Part shown: positions 49,247-58,595 of the stretch, one piece after another
How the letters are laid out: the number at the start of each line of letters is the position of its first letter
Position numbering within the stretch: position 1 is the stretch's first letter
Assembly: GCA_965215335.1 (NCBI GenBank)
Contig: CBDCDA010000001.1
Coordinates: 1,280,001-1,344,000, forward strand
From: an uncultured Candidatus Entotheonella sp.
GTDB lineage: Bacteria > Tectomicrobia > Entotheonellia > Entotheonellales > Entotheonellaceae
Length of the DNA: 64,000 nucleotides
Direction: 5' to 3'
Translations under genes and position numbers: made by a program
The notes under the pieces: generated by a model
What the model was told of the DNA's origin: nothing
Databases searched by the model: none
What the model saw: only the letters and a program-made list of their open reading frames with translations

Positions 49247-52200
49247 TCACGATGCGTCCCGTTTCTTGCCGCACTTTGCGGATCCGGCGGCGCTCATGCT
49301 CCGAAGATGCCGAGCGCTCAACTCGGCCAGGGCGGCGAGAATCACGTTACGCCGCTTTTCACCGCTGCGTTTCAGAACCGCGTCTATCCGGTCGATTAAC
49401 GCATCCGCATCCTCGCGTTCTGGATCGGTGACGTCGAATTCGTCATGGAACGGCGTCGCCCGCCCACCCATGCCGACCACCACCGCCATGGCATGTCGTT
49501 TGTCCGGCCGCCCCTTGACGTGAGCAAACACCTCGGCACGGATGAACTGCTGAGCCATGCCCGCAAGTTCAATCGCGGCACGATCGATATCGGAGTCCAC
49601 CCAGTTTCGCGAGGGTTTGTTCGTCGCCATACTCGCCAAGCTTTCCATGTCATCGTCACTGCCATAGAACTGCGCCAACCGCACGACAAAGGCCTCCAAG
49701 CGATGGTCGCCTGCCAGTTGACGGATGTTCTCGGCGCGAACACGCAACTCGGCCAGCATTGGCTGCGACGTATTGGGCACCTGCAACTCGGCCAACAGCG
49801 TCTCGCGCAGGCGATGCAACATCGTGGGGTAAGCCTGCCTGAGCTCCGTCAGTCCCTCACGCATGTGTTCTGCAATTTGTCGCAGTGCCTCCGCTCCGCC
49901 CCCCTCGACACCGTTACCCAACGCATGCGGGATATCGTCAAAAATCAATTTGTTTGGGTCATTTGCCCGCTTGAACAACTGCCGTACACGTTTCGCATGA
50001 GCGGAAAGCCGCTGCGTGCGGGCAACCCACGAAGGTAGCCGGTCATAAATGGCAACCAGCCCTCGGGCCACATCGATAGGCTCCAAGTCGGTTAACGTAT
50101 TCTCCTCGTCCAGTTCCCGAACAATATGGGCCATATCGGACAGAAGCCGCCGTATCTTGTCCGACAAGTTCATCCAGCGAAGCCGAATAGCATCGGCGTC
50201 CATCGACAGGTACTCCACGTCCAAATCGGACAAACGAGGCTGGAAAACGCCTTGCCGATAGAAGGCCAGGTCCTGGCGCATGGAAAGCACGAATGCCACC
50301 GCAAGAAGCGGCAGCAACCCATCTTTAATGCCGAACGGCGCCTGTCGCCAGATATCGTAGAGATCGGTAACGGATACCGTGTGGTCCGCATTGGCCCTCA
50401 GATATTTGGCCGCCGCCTGCCACGTCGGCTGCAGGTTGCAGGGGTCTTGGCCATTGCTGCCCGGCATGACGAAGGTCCATCCGTGCGCAGTTTGGCGATA
50501 CAAGGCCGTTGCCTCCAATAGCGACACGAACAGTCCCCCCTCCGCCGGGAAGCCCTTGATGCCAAGACGTTCCTTGCCCTCCTCAAGCACCATGCGCCGC
50601 AGCAGGACATTCCGCGCTGCCACCGCGCTGCCCGACGGTTTGGCGCGGTTCAGGAGCTCGTTATGGAGTCGCGGGGCGCAGCGGAAGCGATTGTCGGCCA
50701 AGTCGGAGGCCAAGCCATTAAGCCCGGTCCGGGCCAGCTTCTCGGCAGAGCCCCTTCGGAACCAAACAGCACTGTCGAAAGCTCGGTTCAGTCCGCTCTG
50801 GATATGCCCCTGAACAACTGCGATGCGTGATCCGACCTCTTTTCCTGCAATAGGGTCTCTCTTCAAGTCCGGCGTTTCTTCCCGCACTTTTTCCAACGCT
50901 AGCAATTCCTTGGCCAAACCGGTAATATCCCAGGCTTCTTGCGGCAAGCCGATGATGATGTCGCAATCATTCACCTTGTCAGCCACACGGCAGCATGTCT
51001 CCCGGGCCACCGACTCTGCCTCGCCATACGAGGCGACGGCCAGGAAAAAGGCCCCCACGGCACCCTTCCCAGGTGTATAGGACGCAATGGTCCCTTCCAG
51101 GTCCATCAACCTTACAACCGAGACATCGAACCAGCGCAGGGTTCCTGTCTTGTGGTAGTGCCGCTTGGCGACAATGGGTTGCAGGCCGGCAAGCGCATTG
51201 AGCACCGCAAAGTCCGCTTCGTCGATGTCCGCGGCGGCACGTTGCACGGCGTCGTCGATGTCAAAGTCGCTTCCCTCGAAGATGCTGTATGAGTCACTGA
51301 ATTTCCGGAAGATGATGAGCGATTGACGTTGCAAGGCGGCCAATGCTGTCTTGAATTCTTCAGGACCTTGGCCGATCAGGGCGCCTTGAAGCAGGCCGGG
51401 ACTCGCCGCCAAGCCTGAACGCCCCTTCAACAAGTCAATCAGTCCGATCGTCTTGAGCAGCCGGACTTGCAGCCCGTCGCCGCCTGCGGCTTCACAGCGT
51501 CCGAGGGCATCAACCGTCAGCGCCCAGCGGTGGCCGTCGGGAGAGGCCATGATGGACGGTTCCAGATTAAGGCGCAGGTAATCCCATAAGAGGTCGGGTG
51601 TGTACAGTTCAGAGTCGTCGGCATGGCGCAGGAAGTCCTGAAGGCCCCCCGGTTCGGAAGAATTGAGAAAGCCGAAGATGCTGCGCTGATTCTGGCCGAA
51701 TCGACGCCGCGACGTGGGACCGAGCAGACAGGCGACAACCGGATGCAGCGGCCAACAGGCCTCCAGCATCTGCGCCAGTCGGGGTGATTTTGGTTTGCGT
51801 GCCAGCGCCGCCACATGCTCGGCCAAGGCACTCGGTTTCTCAGTCGTACGATCGCTTTCAATCGCACGACCAAGTAGGTCGATTTGCTCATCACTGCCGA
51901 CGTTGAGGGCGAGGTCGACAAAACGGCCCTGTATCTTCGCCCATTCTCCGCGTGCCTCCCGGGATAAGCGGTGCGCATACTCGTCAAACGCCTGATGCAG
52001 AACGCCGACGACGATCAGTCGTTTGTTGCTGCGCGAAGCCATCTCGGCCAATTGCTGGAAAAAATAGATGTCCGAGCCGTCATATGCCGCCGCCTCCAGC
52101 AACTTGCCCATCTCGTCTATAAATACCAACAATCCTCCGGTCGTTTGCGGGTCTTGTTCAGCCATGTGTTGCAAGAGTTCCAAAACCCGCCTTTCGCTCC

Positions 52201-52633
52201 AGACTTCCACCGATCCGCCGGTCCGCCAACCCGAAGCCGTGATCGCTTCTCCGACGACCTGCACGGCAGGAGCCCGGCGACCGATTACCGGCAGAATGCG
52301 CCAACCGTTCGTGCCGGAGAGAAGGGTCTCCCCAACTGCTGTCACCGTCGCCTTGTCCAGAACGGACGACGCAAGGAGCCGTAGGGCCTCGTCACCAGCC
52401 AACAGGGCACAAAGCGCCACCGCCAGACTCGACTTGCCGCTGCCATACGGCCCGGTCCAGGTAAAGGCGCCTTGACCGCTACCGACAATGTGTTGGGTCA
52501 TGGTTTTGAGGACCCAGGCGGAAGATTGCGGACAGATGAAACCCTCAAGAGCGGATGGGTCGGCCAAGTCCGTATCAATGCGGATGGCCCGCTGATAACG
52601 GCGGGCGATATGCACATGGTCGGCTAAGGCCAT
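49247..52633 (-). CDS. sspC: Large P-loop ATPase (SspC-like)
   Basis: GPYGSGKS Walker A, FIDEMGK Walker B, WAKIQGRF, PLHP, GQNQRSIFGFL. Confidence 0.8.
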   Translation of the reverse strand: MALADHVHIARRYQRAIRIDTDLADPSALEGFICPQSSAWVLKTMTQHIVGSGQGAFTWTGPYGSGKSSLAVALCALLAGDEALRLLASSVLDKATVTAVGETLLSGTNGWRILPVIGRRAPAVQVVGEAITASGWRTGGSVEVWSERRVLELLQHMAEQDPQTTGGLLVFIDEMGKLLEAAAYDGSDIYFFQQLAEMASRSNKRLIVVGVLHQAFDEYAHRLSREARGEWAKIQGRFVDLALNVGSDEQIDLLGRAIESDRTTEKPSALAEHVAALARKPKSPRLAQMLEACWPLHPVVACLLGPTSRRRFGQNQRSIFGFLNSSEPGGLQDFLRHADDSELYTPDLLWDYLRLNLEPSIMASPDGHRWALTVDALGRCEAAGGDGLQVRLLKTIGLIDLLKGRSGLAASPGLLQGALIGQGPEEFKTALAALQRQSLIIFRKFSDSYSIFEGSDFDIDDAVQRAAADIDEADFAVLNALAGLQPIVAKRHYHKTGTLRWFDVSVVRLMDLEGTIASYTPGKGAVGAFFLAVASYGEAESVARETCCRVADKVNDCDIIIGLPQEAWDITGLAKELLALEKVREETPDLKRDPIAGKEVGSRIAVVQGHIQSGLNRAFDSAVWFRRGSAEKLARTGLNGLASDLADNRFRCAPRLHNELLNRAKPSGSAVAARNVLLRRMVLEEGKERLGIKGFPAEGGLFVSLLEATALYRQTAHGWTFVMPGSNGQDPCNLQPTWQAAAKYLRANADHTVSVTDLYDIWRQAPFGIKDGLLPLLAVAFVLSMRQDLAFYRQGVFQPRLSDLDVEYLSMDADAIRLRWMNLSDKIRRLLSDMAHIVRELDEENTLTDLEPIDVARGLVAIYDRLPSWVARTQRLSAHAKRVRQLFKRANDPNKLIFDDIPHALGNGVEGGGAEALRQIAEHMREGLTELRQAYPTMLHRLRETLLAELQVPNTSQPMLAELRVRAENIRQLAGDHRLEAFVVRLAQFYGSDDDMESLASMATNKPSRNWVDSDIDRAAIELAGMAQQFIRAEVFAHVKGRPDKRHAMAVVVGMGGRATPFHDEFDVTDPEREDADALIDRIDAVLKRSGEKRRNVILAALAELSARHLRSMSAAGSAKCGKKRDAS

Positions 52634-53595
52634 TCGGCAGGTTTCCTTCGGGAATGGGGGTCATAATCCGGTTCAATGAGGCCGACCGCTTGGTCATCAT
52701 GCAATGCACGGTTACGAAGAAGCTGCTTGAGCCCAGCCGTTTCCGACCACCTGTAGACGCCGCGACTGAAATGCTCCATGTTGACTAGCCGGTCGACCAT
52801 GTCGTTTTCGTGTAGTAGAAACACCCGACCCGGCGATCCGGGCTCATGGGCAAGCGCCTCGAAAGACAACACCTGTACATTGGGGTTATGGCGAGACCAG
52901 AAATCGTGCACCGCATAACTGAACACTCCCATGCCGAGAGACGGCTTATCTCCGCAAGCAAACTGGAAACCGTCGCGTTTGCCGACCTGCCGGATGAGCT
53001 CGAGCTCGGTGAGTGGGGACTCAAGGGTCTCTTCATCGTTCGTATGACCTTGCGCGCATGACGAAGCGTACGTACGGATGAAGCAGGCGACATCACTCTT
53101 GATCGTAGTAGGAGAAGCGCGATTCCACTGCCTGTCTTTGGCAAGCCTCAGAACAGCTTTGACCATGGTGCCGCGTTCGAAGAAGGCGTGAGGGAAATAA
53201 CTGAAGGCCCAGAACCACGTGGTTTTCGCCTCCCGCCCGCAGAGATGCCAATGGACGAGCCACGAGGTGGCCGGGTTTTCCATGTAGGGGTCGAGGCCGT
53301 CGTCGCTGAGCAACCGCTTGCCGAGAGAAGTGGTGGCAATGTGGCCCTTTTTTGTGTCGTCTTGAATGATGCCCGACGCGGCGGCCCAATTGCGCATGGA
53401 AGATACCATGTTTTTGCCGACGCCGAATCGCGCGATGGCATCCTCGCCGGTGAAGACCGTTCGGTTGTCCTCTTGCTTTTCGATTTTCCGAACAGCGTCG
53501 AATGCTTTCTTCAGCCACCCATAGCGTAGCGGAAAAGTCTCGTGACCCGAGAATTGAGGTCGGTAATCGGCTTGGAAAATTCGGCCGCGGAGCAT
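52624..53595 (-). CDS. sspB: DUF4007 family protein (SspB-like)
   Basis: FSGHETFPLRYGWLKK, FGVGKNMV, DPYME, PLTELELI, SPGRVF, ETAGL; RBS GGAG before ATG 53595. Confidence 0.85.
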   Translation of the reverse strand: MLRGRIFQADYRPQFSGHETFPLRYGWLKKAFDAVRKIEKQEDNRTVFTGEDAIARFGVGKNMVSSMRNWAAASGIIQDDTKKGHIATTSLGKRLLSDDGLDPYMENPATSWLVHWHLCGREAKTTWFWAFSYFPHAFFERGTMVKAVLRLAKDRQWNRASPTTIKSDVACFIRTYASSCAQGHTNDEETLESPLTELELIRQVGKRDGFQFACGDKPSLGMGVFSYAVHDFWSRHNPNVQVLSFEALAHEPGSPGRVFLLHENDMVDRLVNMEHFSRGVYRWSETAGLKQLLRNRALHDDQAVGLIEPDYDPHSRRKPAEWP

Positions 53596-53627
53596 GTCTT
53601 GGTCTCCTGGAGGGTTCATCCAGTTGG

Positions 53628-53656
53628 ACAATACGAGAAGGGTCGGGTAATGTCAA
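53628..53656 (-). promoter_or_regulatory. Sigma70-type promoter of the defence operon
   Basis: TTGACA, 17 nt, TATTGT on the minus strand, 32 nt upstream of the DUF4007 ATG. Confidence 0.65.
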
Positions 53657-53734
53657 TTCGTGCCGGCCGCAACCGTTTTCACAGCACGTGACGGCTTGAC
53701 CCGCAGACGATAGCTTCCGCTTCCACAACAGGTT

Positions 53735-54925
53735 ATGTCTAATCACAGAACGATTTATGCTGATTATCAAGCGACCACGCCCGTTGACCCTCGTGTTCTG
53801 GAAGCAATGAAGCCCTACTGGCAGGAATCGTTTGGCAATCCCCATGCCAGCGATCACATCGTTGGCTGGCGCGCCGCTCAAGCGGTCGAGGGGGCAGCGG
53901 CGTCCGCCGCTGCCCTCCTTGGCGCCGACCCCGATGAGATCATCTTTACTTCCGGCGCCACCGAGGCCAACAACCTTGCCCTGCTAGGACTTGCTCGCCG
54001 CGCCCCGGATTTCCGGCGCCGCATCTTGGTCAGTGCCATTGAGCACAAGTGCGTGCTTGCAGCGGCGCGGGCTCTTCAGCAGCGAGAAGGGTTCGCGGTG
54101 GAGAGCATTCCCGTGGACCGCGAAGGCTGCGTGGACGTCGGCGCACTTGCCGATTTGTTGGACGACCGCACCTTGGCGGTCTCAATCATGGCCGCAAACA
54201 ACGAGATCGGCACTCTGCAAGACATTCCCGATATCGCCAACCTGCTGGCTCGCCACGGGGTCCTCTTCCATTGTGACGCCGCGCAGGCGTCCTGCGCCAT
54301 GGGACTGAGCGAATTTGCCACGCATGCCGACCTTGTCAGCCTGTCAGGCCACAAGATATACGGCCCGCAAGGCATAGGCGCCTTGTACGTCCGCCGCGGA
54401 CTACAAGAAGCCATTGAGCCCTTAATGCACGGTGGCGGTCAACAGGGCGGTCTGCGTTCAGGCACTGTACCAATGCCCTTGTGCGTCGGCATGGCAGCGG
54501 CAATCGACATCCTCCGACAGCCGGAAGGCACCGAAGAACGGGTGGCAGTGGCGAACCGACGCGACGCCTTTGTTCGCCTTGTTCAAGCAGGACGGTTTCA
54601 GGCAGCCCTTAATGGCCCTACTTTCGATAAACGTCATCCCGGCAATGCCAATCTGTGCTTCCGCGGCTTCACGGCGCAAGATATTCTTGGCGCTCTGCAA
54701 CCCCGCCTTGCCGCCTCGACAGGCGCTGCCTGCACCACAGGCATACCGGAACCGTCCCACGTGCTGCGCGCAATCGGTTTGAGCGCGGCACAAGCGGAAT
54801 CATCCATTCGATTCAGCTTCGGTCGTTTCACCACGGATGACGACATCACGGAAGCCGCCCGCCTCCTCGTGGACAGCCTCGAATCCCTTGCTTTCGCAGG
54901 TCTCGGAACAGAGGACAGCAGGTAG
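53735..54925 (+). CDS. Cysteine desulfurase (IscS/DndA/SspA-like)
   Basis: DYQATTP, FTSGATEANN, SGHKIYGP (PLP lysine), RSGT, STGAACT (catalytic Cys); divergent from DUF4007. Confidence 0.93.
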   Translation: MSNHRTIYADYQATTPVDPRVLEAMKPYWQESFGNPHASDHIVGWRAAQAVEGAAASAAALLGADPDEIIFTSGATEANNLALLGLARRAPDFRRRILVSAIEHKCVLAAARALQQREGFAVESIPVDREGCVDVGALADLLDDRTLAVSIMAANNEIGTLQDIPDIANLLARHGVLFHCDAAQASCAMGLSEFATHADLVSLSGHKIYGPQGIGALYVRRGLQEAIEPLMHGGGQQGGLRSGTVPMPLCVGMAAAIDILRQPEGTEERVAVANRRDAFVRLVQAGRFQAALNGPTFDKRHPGNANLCFRGFTAQDILGALQPRLAASTGAACTTGIPEPSHVLRAIGLSAAQAESSIRFSFGRFTTDDDITEAARLLVDSLESLAFAGLGTEDSR

Positions 54926-54928
54926 AAG
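54794..54928 (+). repeat. 135-bp direct repeat, right copy
   Basis: 3' end of the desulfurase ORF; matches 41867-42001. Confidence 0.95.
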
Positions 54929-54971
54929 CGGCTCCACCGCCTCCCTATATCGACCGGCAGCGCCCCACCCC

Positions 54972-56201
54972 TCAGATCACGCCCTCATCGCGCAGCACGG
55001 CGAGTTGGAAGTCGGACAGGCCGATCAGGCCACCGAGGATTTCCGGGTTGTGGGCGCCAACGTCGGGGCCGGGCCAGGTGGTGGCGCCGGGGGTGGCAGT
55101 GAGATGAGGAGCAAGGGCGGGGATGCGCAGGGGCTGGCCATCCACCTCGACCTGCTGGAACAGGCCGCGGGCGTGGAAATGGGGGTCCCGGAGCATATCG
55201 GCGACGGTGTAGATCGGGCCGCCGGGGACGGCAGCGTCGGCGAGTCGCGCCAGTACCTCGGCGGCGTCGAGACTGGCAGTCCAGGCGGCGATGGCGGCAT
55301 CGATTTCGCGTTCGTGCTCCACACGCCCGGCGTTTTCGGCGAAGCGCGGGTCCTCGGCCATGTCGGGCCGACCGGCGGCGCACATCAGCCGCCGGAAGAT
55401 GGAATTGCCGTTGCCGCCGATGACCACGTAAGCGCCGTCGCGGCAGGCGTAGGTATTGGTCGGCACGATGCCGGTCAGGGTCGAGCCGGAGGGTTGCCGA
55501 ACCAGCCCGGCGCCGTCGTATTCCGGTACCACGGCTTCCAGCATGTTGAAGACCGACTCGTAGATGGCCACGTCCACTACCTGCCCGGCGCCGCCCGCCG
55601 GCTTGCCGCGCTGCACGCAGGCCAGCAGGATACCGAGCACGGCGTGCAGCCCGGCCAGCGTGTCACCCAGGCTCAGATTGGGGCGCACCGGTGCCTCGCC
55701 CGGAAAGCCGTTCAGGTAGCGAAAGCCGCCGACCCCTTCGCACACCGAGGCATAGCCGGGCCGCGTGGCGTAAGGTCCGGTCTGACCGTATCCCGAGACG
55801 CGCGCGTAGATCAGCCCCGGATTCGTGGTCTTGATCGCCTCGGGTCCCAGGCCCCATTTCTCCATGGTGCCGGGGCGGAAATTCTCGATCAGCACGTCCA
55901 CCCGGTCCGCCAATTGCCGGGCGATGTCGCGCCCCTTGTCGGTCTGCAGATTCAGCGTGATGCTCTTCTTGTTGCGCCCCAGGCTGCGCCACCAGAACGA
56001 CGTGCCGTTGTCATCGAGCAGCCGCCAGCCACGAATCGGATCGCCCTTGCCCGGCGGCTCGACCTTGATCACCTCGGCGCCGAAGTACCCGAGGACGCAG
56101 CCGGCAAACGGCCCCGCCAAGAGCTGACCCAATTCGAGCACACGCACGCCGTCCAGCGGCCGCGCGGCCGCTGGATTCGGTTCGGAAGCAGGGGAGGGCA
56201 T
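54972..56201 (-). CDS. CaiB/BaiF family III CoA-transferase
   Basis: PLDGVRVLE, GAEVIKVEPP, RNKKSI, ENFRPG, SGYGQTGP. Confidence 0.93.
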   Translation of the reverse strand: MPSPASEPNPAAARPLDGVRVLELGQLLAGPFAGCVLGYFGAEVIKVEPPGKGDPIRGWRLLDDNGTSFWWRSLGRNKKSITLNLQTDKGRDIARQLADRVDVLIENFRPGTMEKWGLGPEAIKTTNPGLIYARVSGYGQTGPYATRPGYASVCEGVGGFRYLNGFPGEAPVRPNLSLGDTLAGLHAVLGILLACVQRGKPAGGAGQVVDVAIYESVFNMLEAVVPEYDGAGLVRQPSGSTLTGIVPTNTYACRDGAYVVIGGNGNSIFRRLMCAAGRPDMAEDPRFAENAGRVEHEREIDAAIAAWTASLDAAEVLARLADAAVPGGPIYTVADMLRDPHFHARGLFQQVEVDGQPLRIPALAPHLTATPGATTWPGPDVGAHNPEILGGLIGLSDFQLAVLRDEGVI

Positions 56202-56237
56202 CGGGCCTCCTAAATACGGGGCGTTGGGTGAGGGGAT

Positions 56238-56675
56238 TCAGTCCTGCACGTGGATGACGGTGACCTCGAAGACGACGTGCTGACCGGCCAAGGGATGGTT
56301 CAGGTCGACCGTCACTGTGGTGTCGTTGATGGCGTGAATGTGATAGGGAATAATGCTGCCGTCCGGCCCCGGAAATTCGCCCTCGAAGCCGAGGTGCCGG
56401 GCCGAGGCGGGAAATTGTTCCTTGGACAGTTCCTGGAATGCTGCGGGGTCGATGCACCCGAAAGCGTCGGCGGGCGCCAGCTCAAGCCGCACAGTGTCGC
56501 CGACGCCGAGACCTTCCACGCCCCTGTGCAGGCCGGGTGGCATGCGGGTGTGGCCGTGCACGTAAGTCCAGGTGCCGCTCTGCCGCGCCGAGTCGATCGG
56601 GGTGCCGTCGGCCAGGCACAGCGTGTAGTCGAGGCACACCGTCTTGCCGGCCCGCACCCGTTCGTCGCTGCTCAC
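56238..56675 (-). CDS. FKBP-type peptidyl-prolyl isomerase (SlyD/FkpB-like)
   Basis: LDYTL..ADGT.IDS, APADAFG, VDLNHPLAG; GTG start overlaps the rhodanese stop. Confidence 0.88.
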   Translation of the reverse strand: MSSDERVRAGKTVCLDYTLCLADGTPIDSARQSGTWTYVHGHTRMPPGLHRGVEGLGVGDTVRLELAPADAFGCIDPAAFQELSKEQFPASARHLGFEGEFPGPDGSIIPYHIHAINDTTVTVDLNHPLAGQHVVFEVTVIHVQD

Positions 56676-57034
56676 GGCACCTCGGGCATCCCGGCTTCCC
56701 GCCAGTCGTTGAAGCCGCCGACCAGATAATGCACGTTCGTGTAACCCATCTGCTGCAAGGTCTGTCCTGCCAGGACAGCACGATTCTCGCCGCCTCAATG
56801 GGTCACGATGGGCGTGCTCTTGTCGGGAACGGTTTCCTCCACGCGGCCCTCGATGAATCCCCGCGCCAGCCACGTCGCCTGCGGAATGTGGCCATCGTCC
56901 CATTCGGCTCGCTCCCTGACGTCCAGCACCACGACGCGCTCACCCGCGTCCAGTCGGGCGCTGAGGTCGGTCTGGCCGAGGCCGGGCACGACGCGCCGGG
57001 CCGCCTCGATCATTTCTCGTCCTGTCATGGCCAT
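56672..57034 (-). CDS. Rhodanese-domain sulfurtransferase, probable selenoprotein (120 aa with UGA recoded at codon 80)
   Basis: LDVRE..EW..GHIP, PIVTH-UGA-GGENRA, MGYTNVHYLVGGFNDW; hairpin downstream of the UGA. Confidence 0.82.
56762..56778 (-). promoter_or_regulatory. Bacterial SECIS-like hairpin
   Basis: CUGUCCU-GGC-AGGACAG; the loop starts 23 nt after the UGA and begins with G. Confidence 0.7.
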
Positions 57035-57176
57035 GCTGATTTCTCCTTATAGCATAGCGGTTTGCGTTCGTGTATCTGGTTTTCGCCGGGCGGGTGAGGC
57101 AGACAATTCCTGCCTGCCCATAGCCACTGATTTTTGGACAATTGCCCACGCCGGTCAAGAACAAAGGCACACCGCC

Positions 57177-57926
57177 TCAGGCGAGGTTGCTGCCGCCGTC
57201 GAGCACCACCACCTGACCGGTGATCAGGTCAGCGCCGATCAGCCCCATGACCAGGTCGGCCACGTCTTCCGGCTGGCAGACGTCGTTGAGCACCGACTTC
57301 TCGGTGGCGCGCTGTTTGATGGTCTCGTACTCGTCGCGGTCCTGCCACCAGCGCGTGTCGATGAAGCCCGGGGCGATGGAATTGATGCGAATGGCTGGGC
57401 CCAAGGCACGCGCCAGGGCGACCGTCATGGTGTTCAGCCCGGCCTTGGAGGCCAGATAGGGAACCGAGCTCCCCACGCCGTAAACCCCGGCCACGCTGGA
57501 GATGTTGACCACCACGCCACCGTCGCGCCCCAGGTGGGGCCGCGCCGCCCGGATGACGTAGAAGGGGCCTTTCAGATTGACACCCAGAATCTTGTCCCAA
57601 TCCTCGTCCTGCACCGCCTCCATGTCGCCGTGCGGAATGAATGACGTGGTCCCGGCATTGTTGACCAGGATGTTCAAGCCGCCGAGGGTATCCGCCACCT
57701 GCCGCACCATACGGCGCACAGAAGCGTCATCGCCCACGTCGCCCTTGACCGCCATGGCCCGCACGCCCGTTTCCCGCAGCGCCTCCGCGGTGGCGAGCGC
57801 CTGTCCCTCCGAGCGCGAGTAATTCACCGCCACGTGGCAACCCTCCCGCGCCAAGGCCAACGCGATTGCCCGCCCCGTGCCAACGCCGCCCCCGGTGACG
57901 AGGGCGATTTTGTCTCTTGCCTGCAT
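57177..57926 (-). CDS. SDR family oxidoreductase
   Basis: TGGGVGTG, NNAG, ISS, YLASK, IAPG. Confidence 0.93.
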   Translation of the reverse strand: MQARDKIALVTGGGVGTGRAIALALAREGCHVAVNYSRSEGQALATAEALRETGVRAMAVKGDVGDDASVRRMVRQVADTLGGLNILVNNAGTTSFIPHGDMEAVQDEDWDKILGVNLKGPFYVIRAARPHLGRDGGVVVNISSVAGVYGVGSSVPYLASKAGLNTMTVALARALGPAIRINSIAPGFIDTRWWQDRDEYETIKQRATEKSVLNDVCQPEDVADLVMGLIGADLITGQVVVLDGGSNLA

Positions 57927-58067
57927 GCTGTCCTCCTGTGTGAATTCCTGCGCAAGTCGATCACGGCTGTCATTCCGGCAAGGCGTTCGGTCTCAAGCGG
58001 TGGAGGTCTTGGGGGTGGGGCTGGTCAGGTGGGATGCGGCGGCTCATGGGACCGCCGCGGTCAGGGA

Positions 58068-58595
58068 TCAGGAATTGTCTTTCAGGTACAGGATGATCTT
58101 GCGGCGAATTTCGGAATCGGACTGCTTGTAATACATGCGGACGCCAGGCACCCACGCCTGGGTGCTGGTCAGCCAGACGTCGAGGGTACTGGAATTCCAT
58201 ACCATGCCCCGCAGAACGCTCAGAAAGGCTGCGGAATAGTTGTAGCTCTCGACGGTGCCGGCCGGACGGCCGTACACGCCCGTCAAGTTGGGGCCGAAAG
58301 GCGGCGCGATGGCCATGCGCTCGCCAGCCAGACCGGCGGTCACGACGCCGGCGGGCGCATCCGCCATGGGCTCGGGATGCAGGTCCATGGCTAGCCGCAC
58401 GACGTGTAGCGGCAGCGGGGCCGGTGCGCGCTCGGCAGTCTTCTCGGCCTGCACGCCCACGAGACCATGGCAGACACCGCAGTGTTTGTCAAACAGTGTC
58501 TCTCCCTCTACGAGTTCAGCGGCCAGATCCTCGGCGAGCACCGCCGGGGCCATGACCAGTAGTGTAACGAGGACGAATCCCAAGATGCGAGACAT
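58068..58595 (-). CDS. Class I c-type cytochrome
   Basis: Signal peptide, CGVCH, GPNLTGVYGR, VPGVRM. Confidence 0.88.
   Translation of the reverse strand: MSRILGFVLVTLLVMAPAVLAEDLAAELVEGETLFDKHCGVCHGLVGVQAEKTAERAPAPLPLHVVRLAMDLHPEPMADAPAGVVTAGLAGERMAIAPPFGPNLTGVYGRPAGTVESYNYSAAFLSVLRGMVWNSSTLDVWLTSTQAWVPGVRMYYKQSDSEIRRKIILYLKDNS

Noticed and set aside
53735..54925. Housekeeping iscS of an Fe-S assembly operon
   Set aside because: No iscR/iscU/suf genes adjacent; it lies inside the repeat-bounded defence island.
42020..54925. BREX type 4 or canonical DndABCDE
   Set aside because: No PglZ, BrxL, DndD or DndE recognised among the ORFs.
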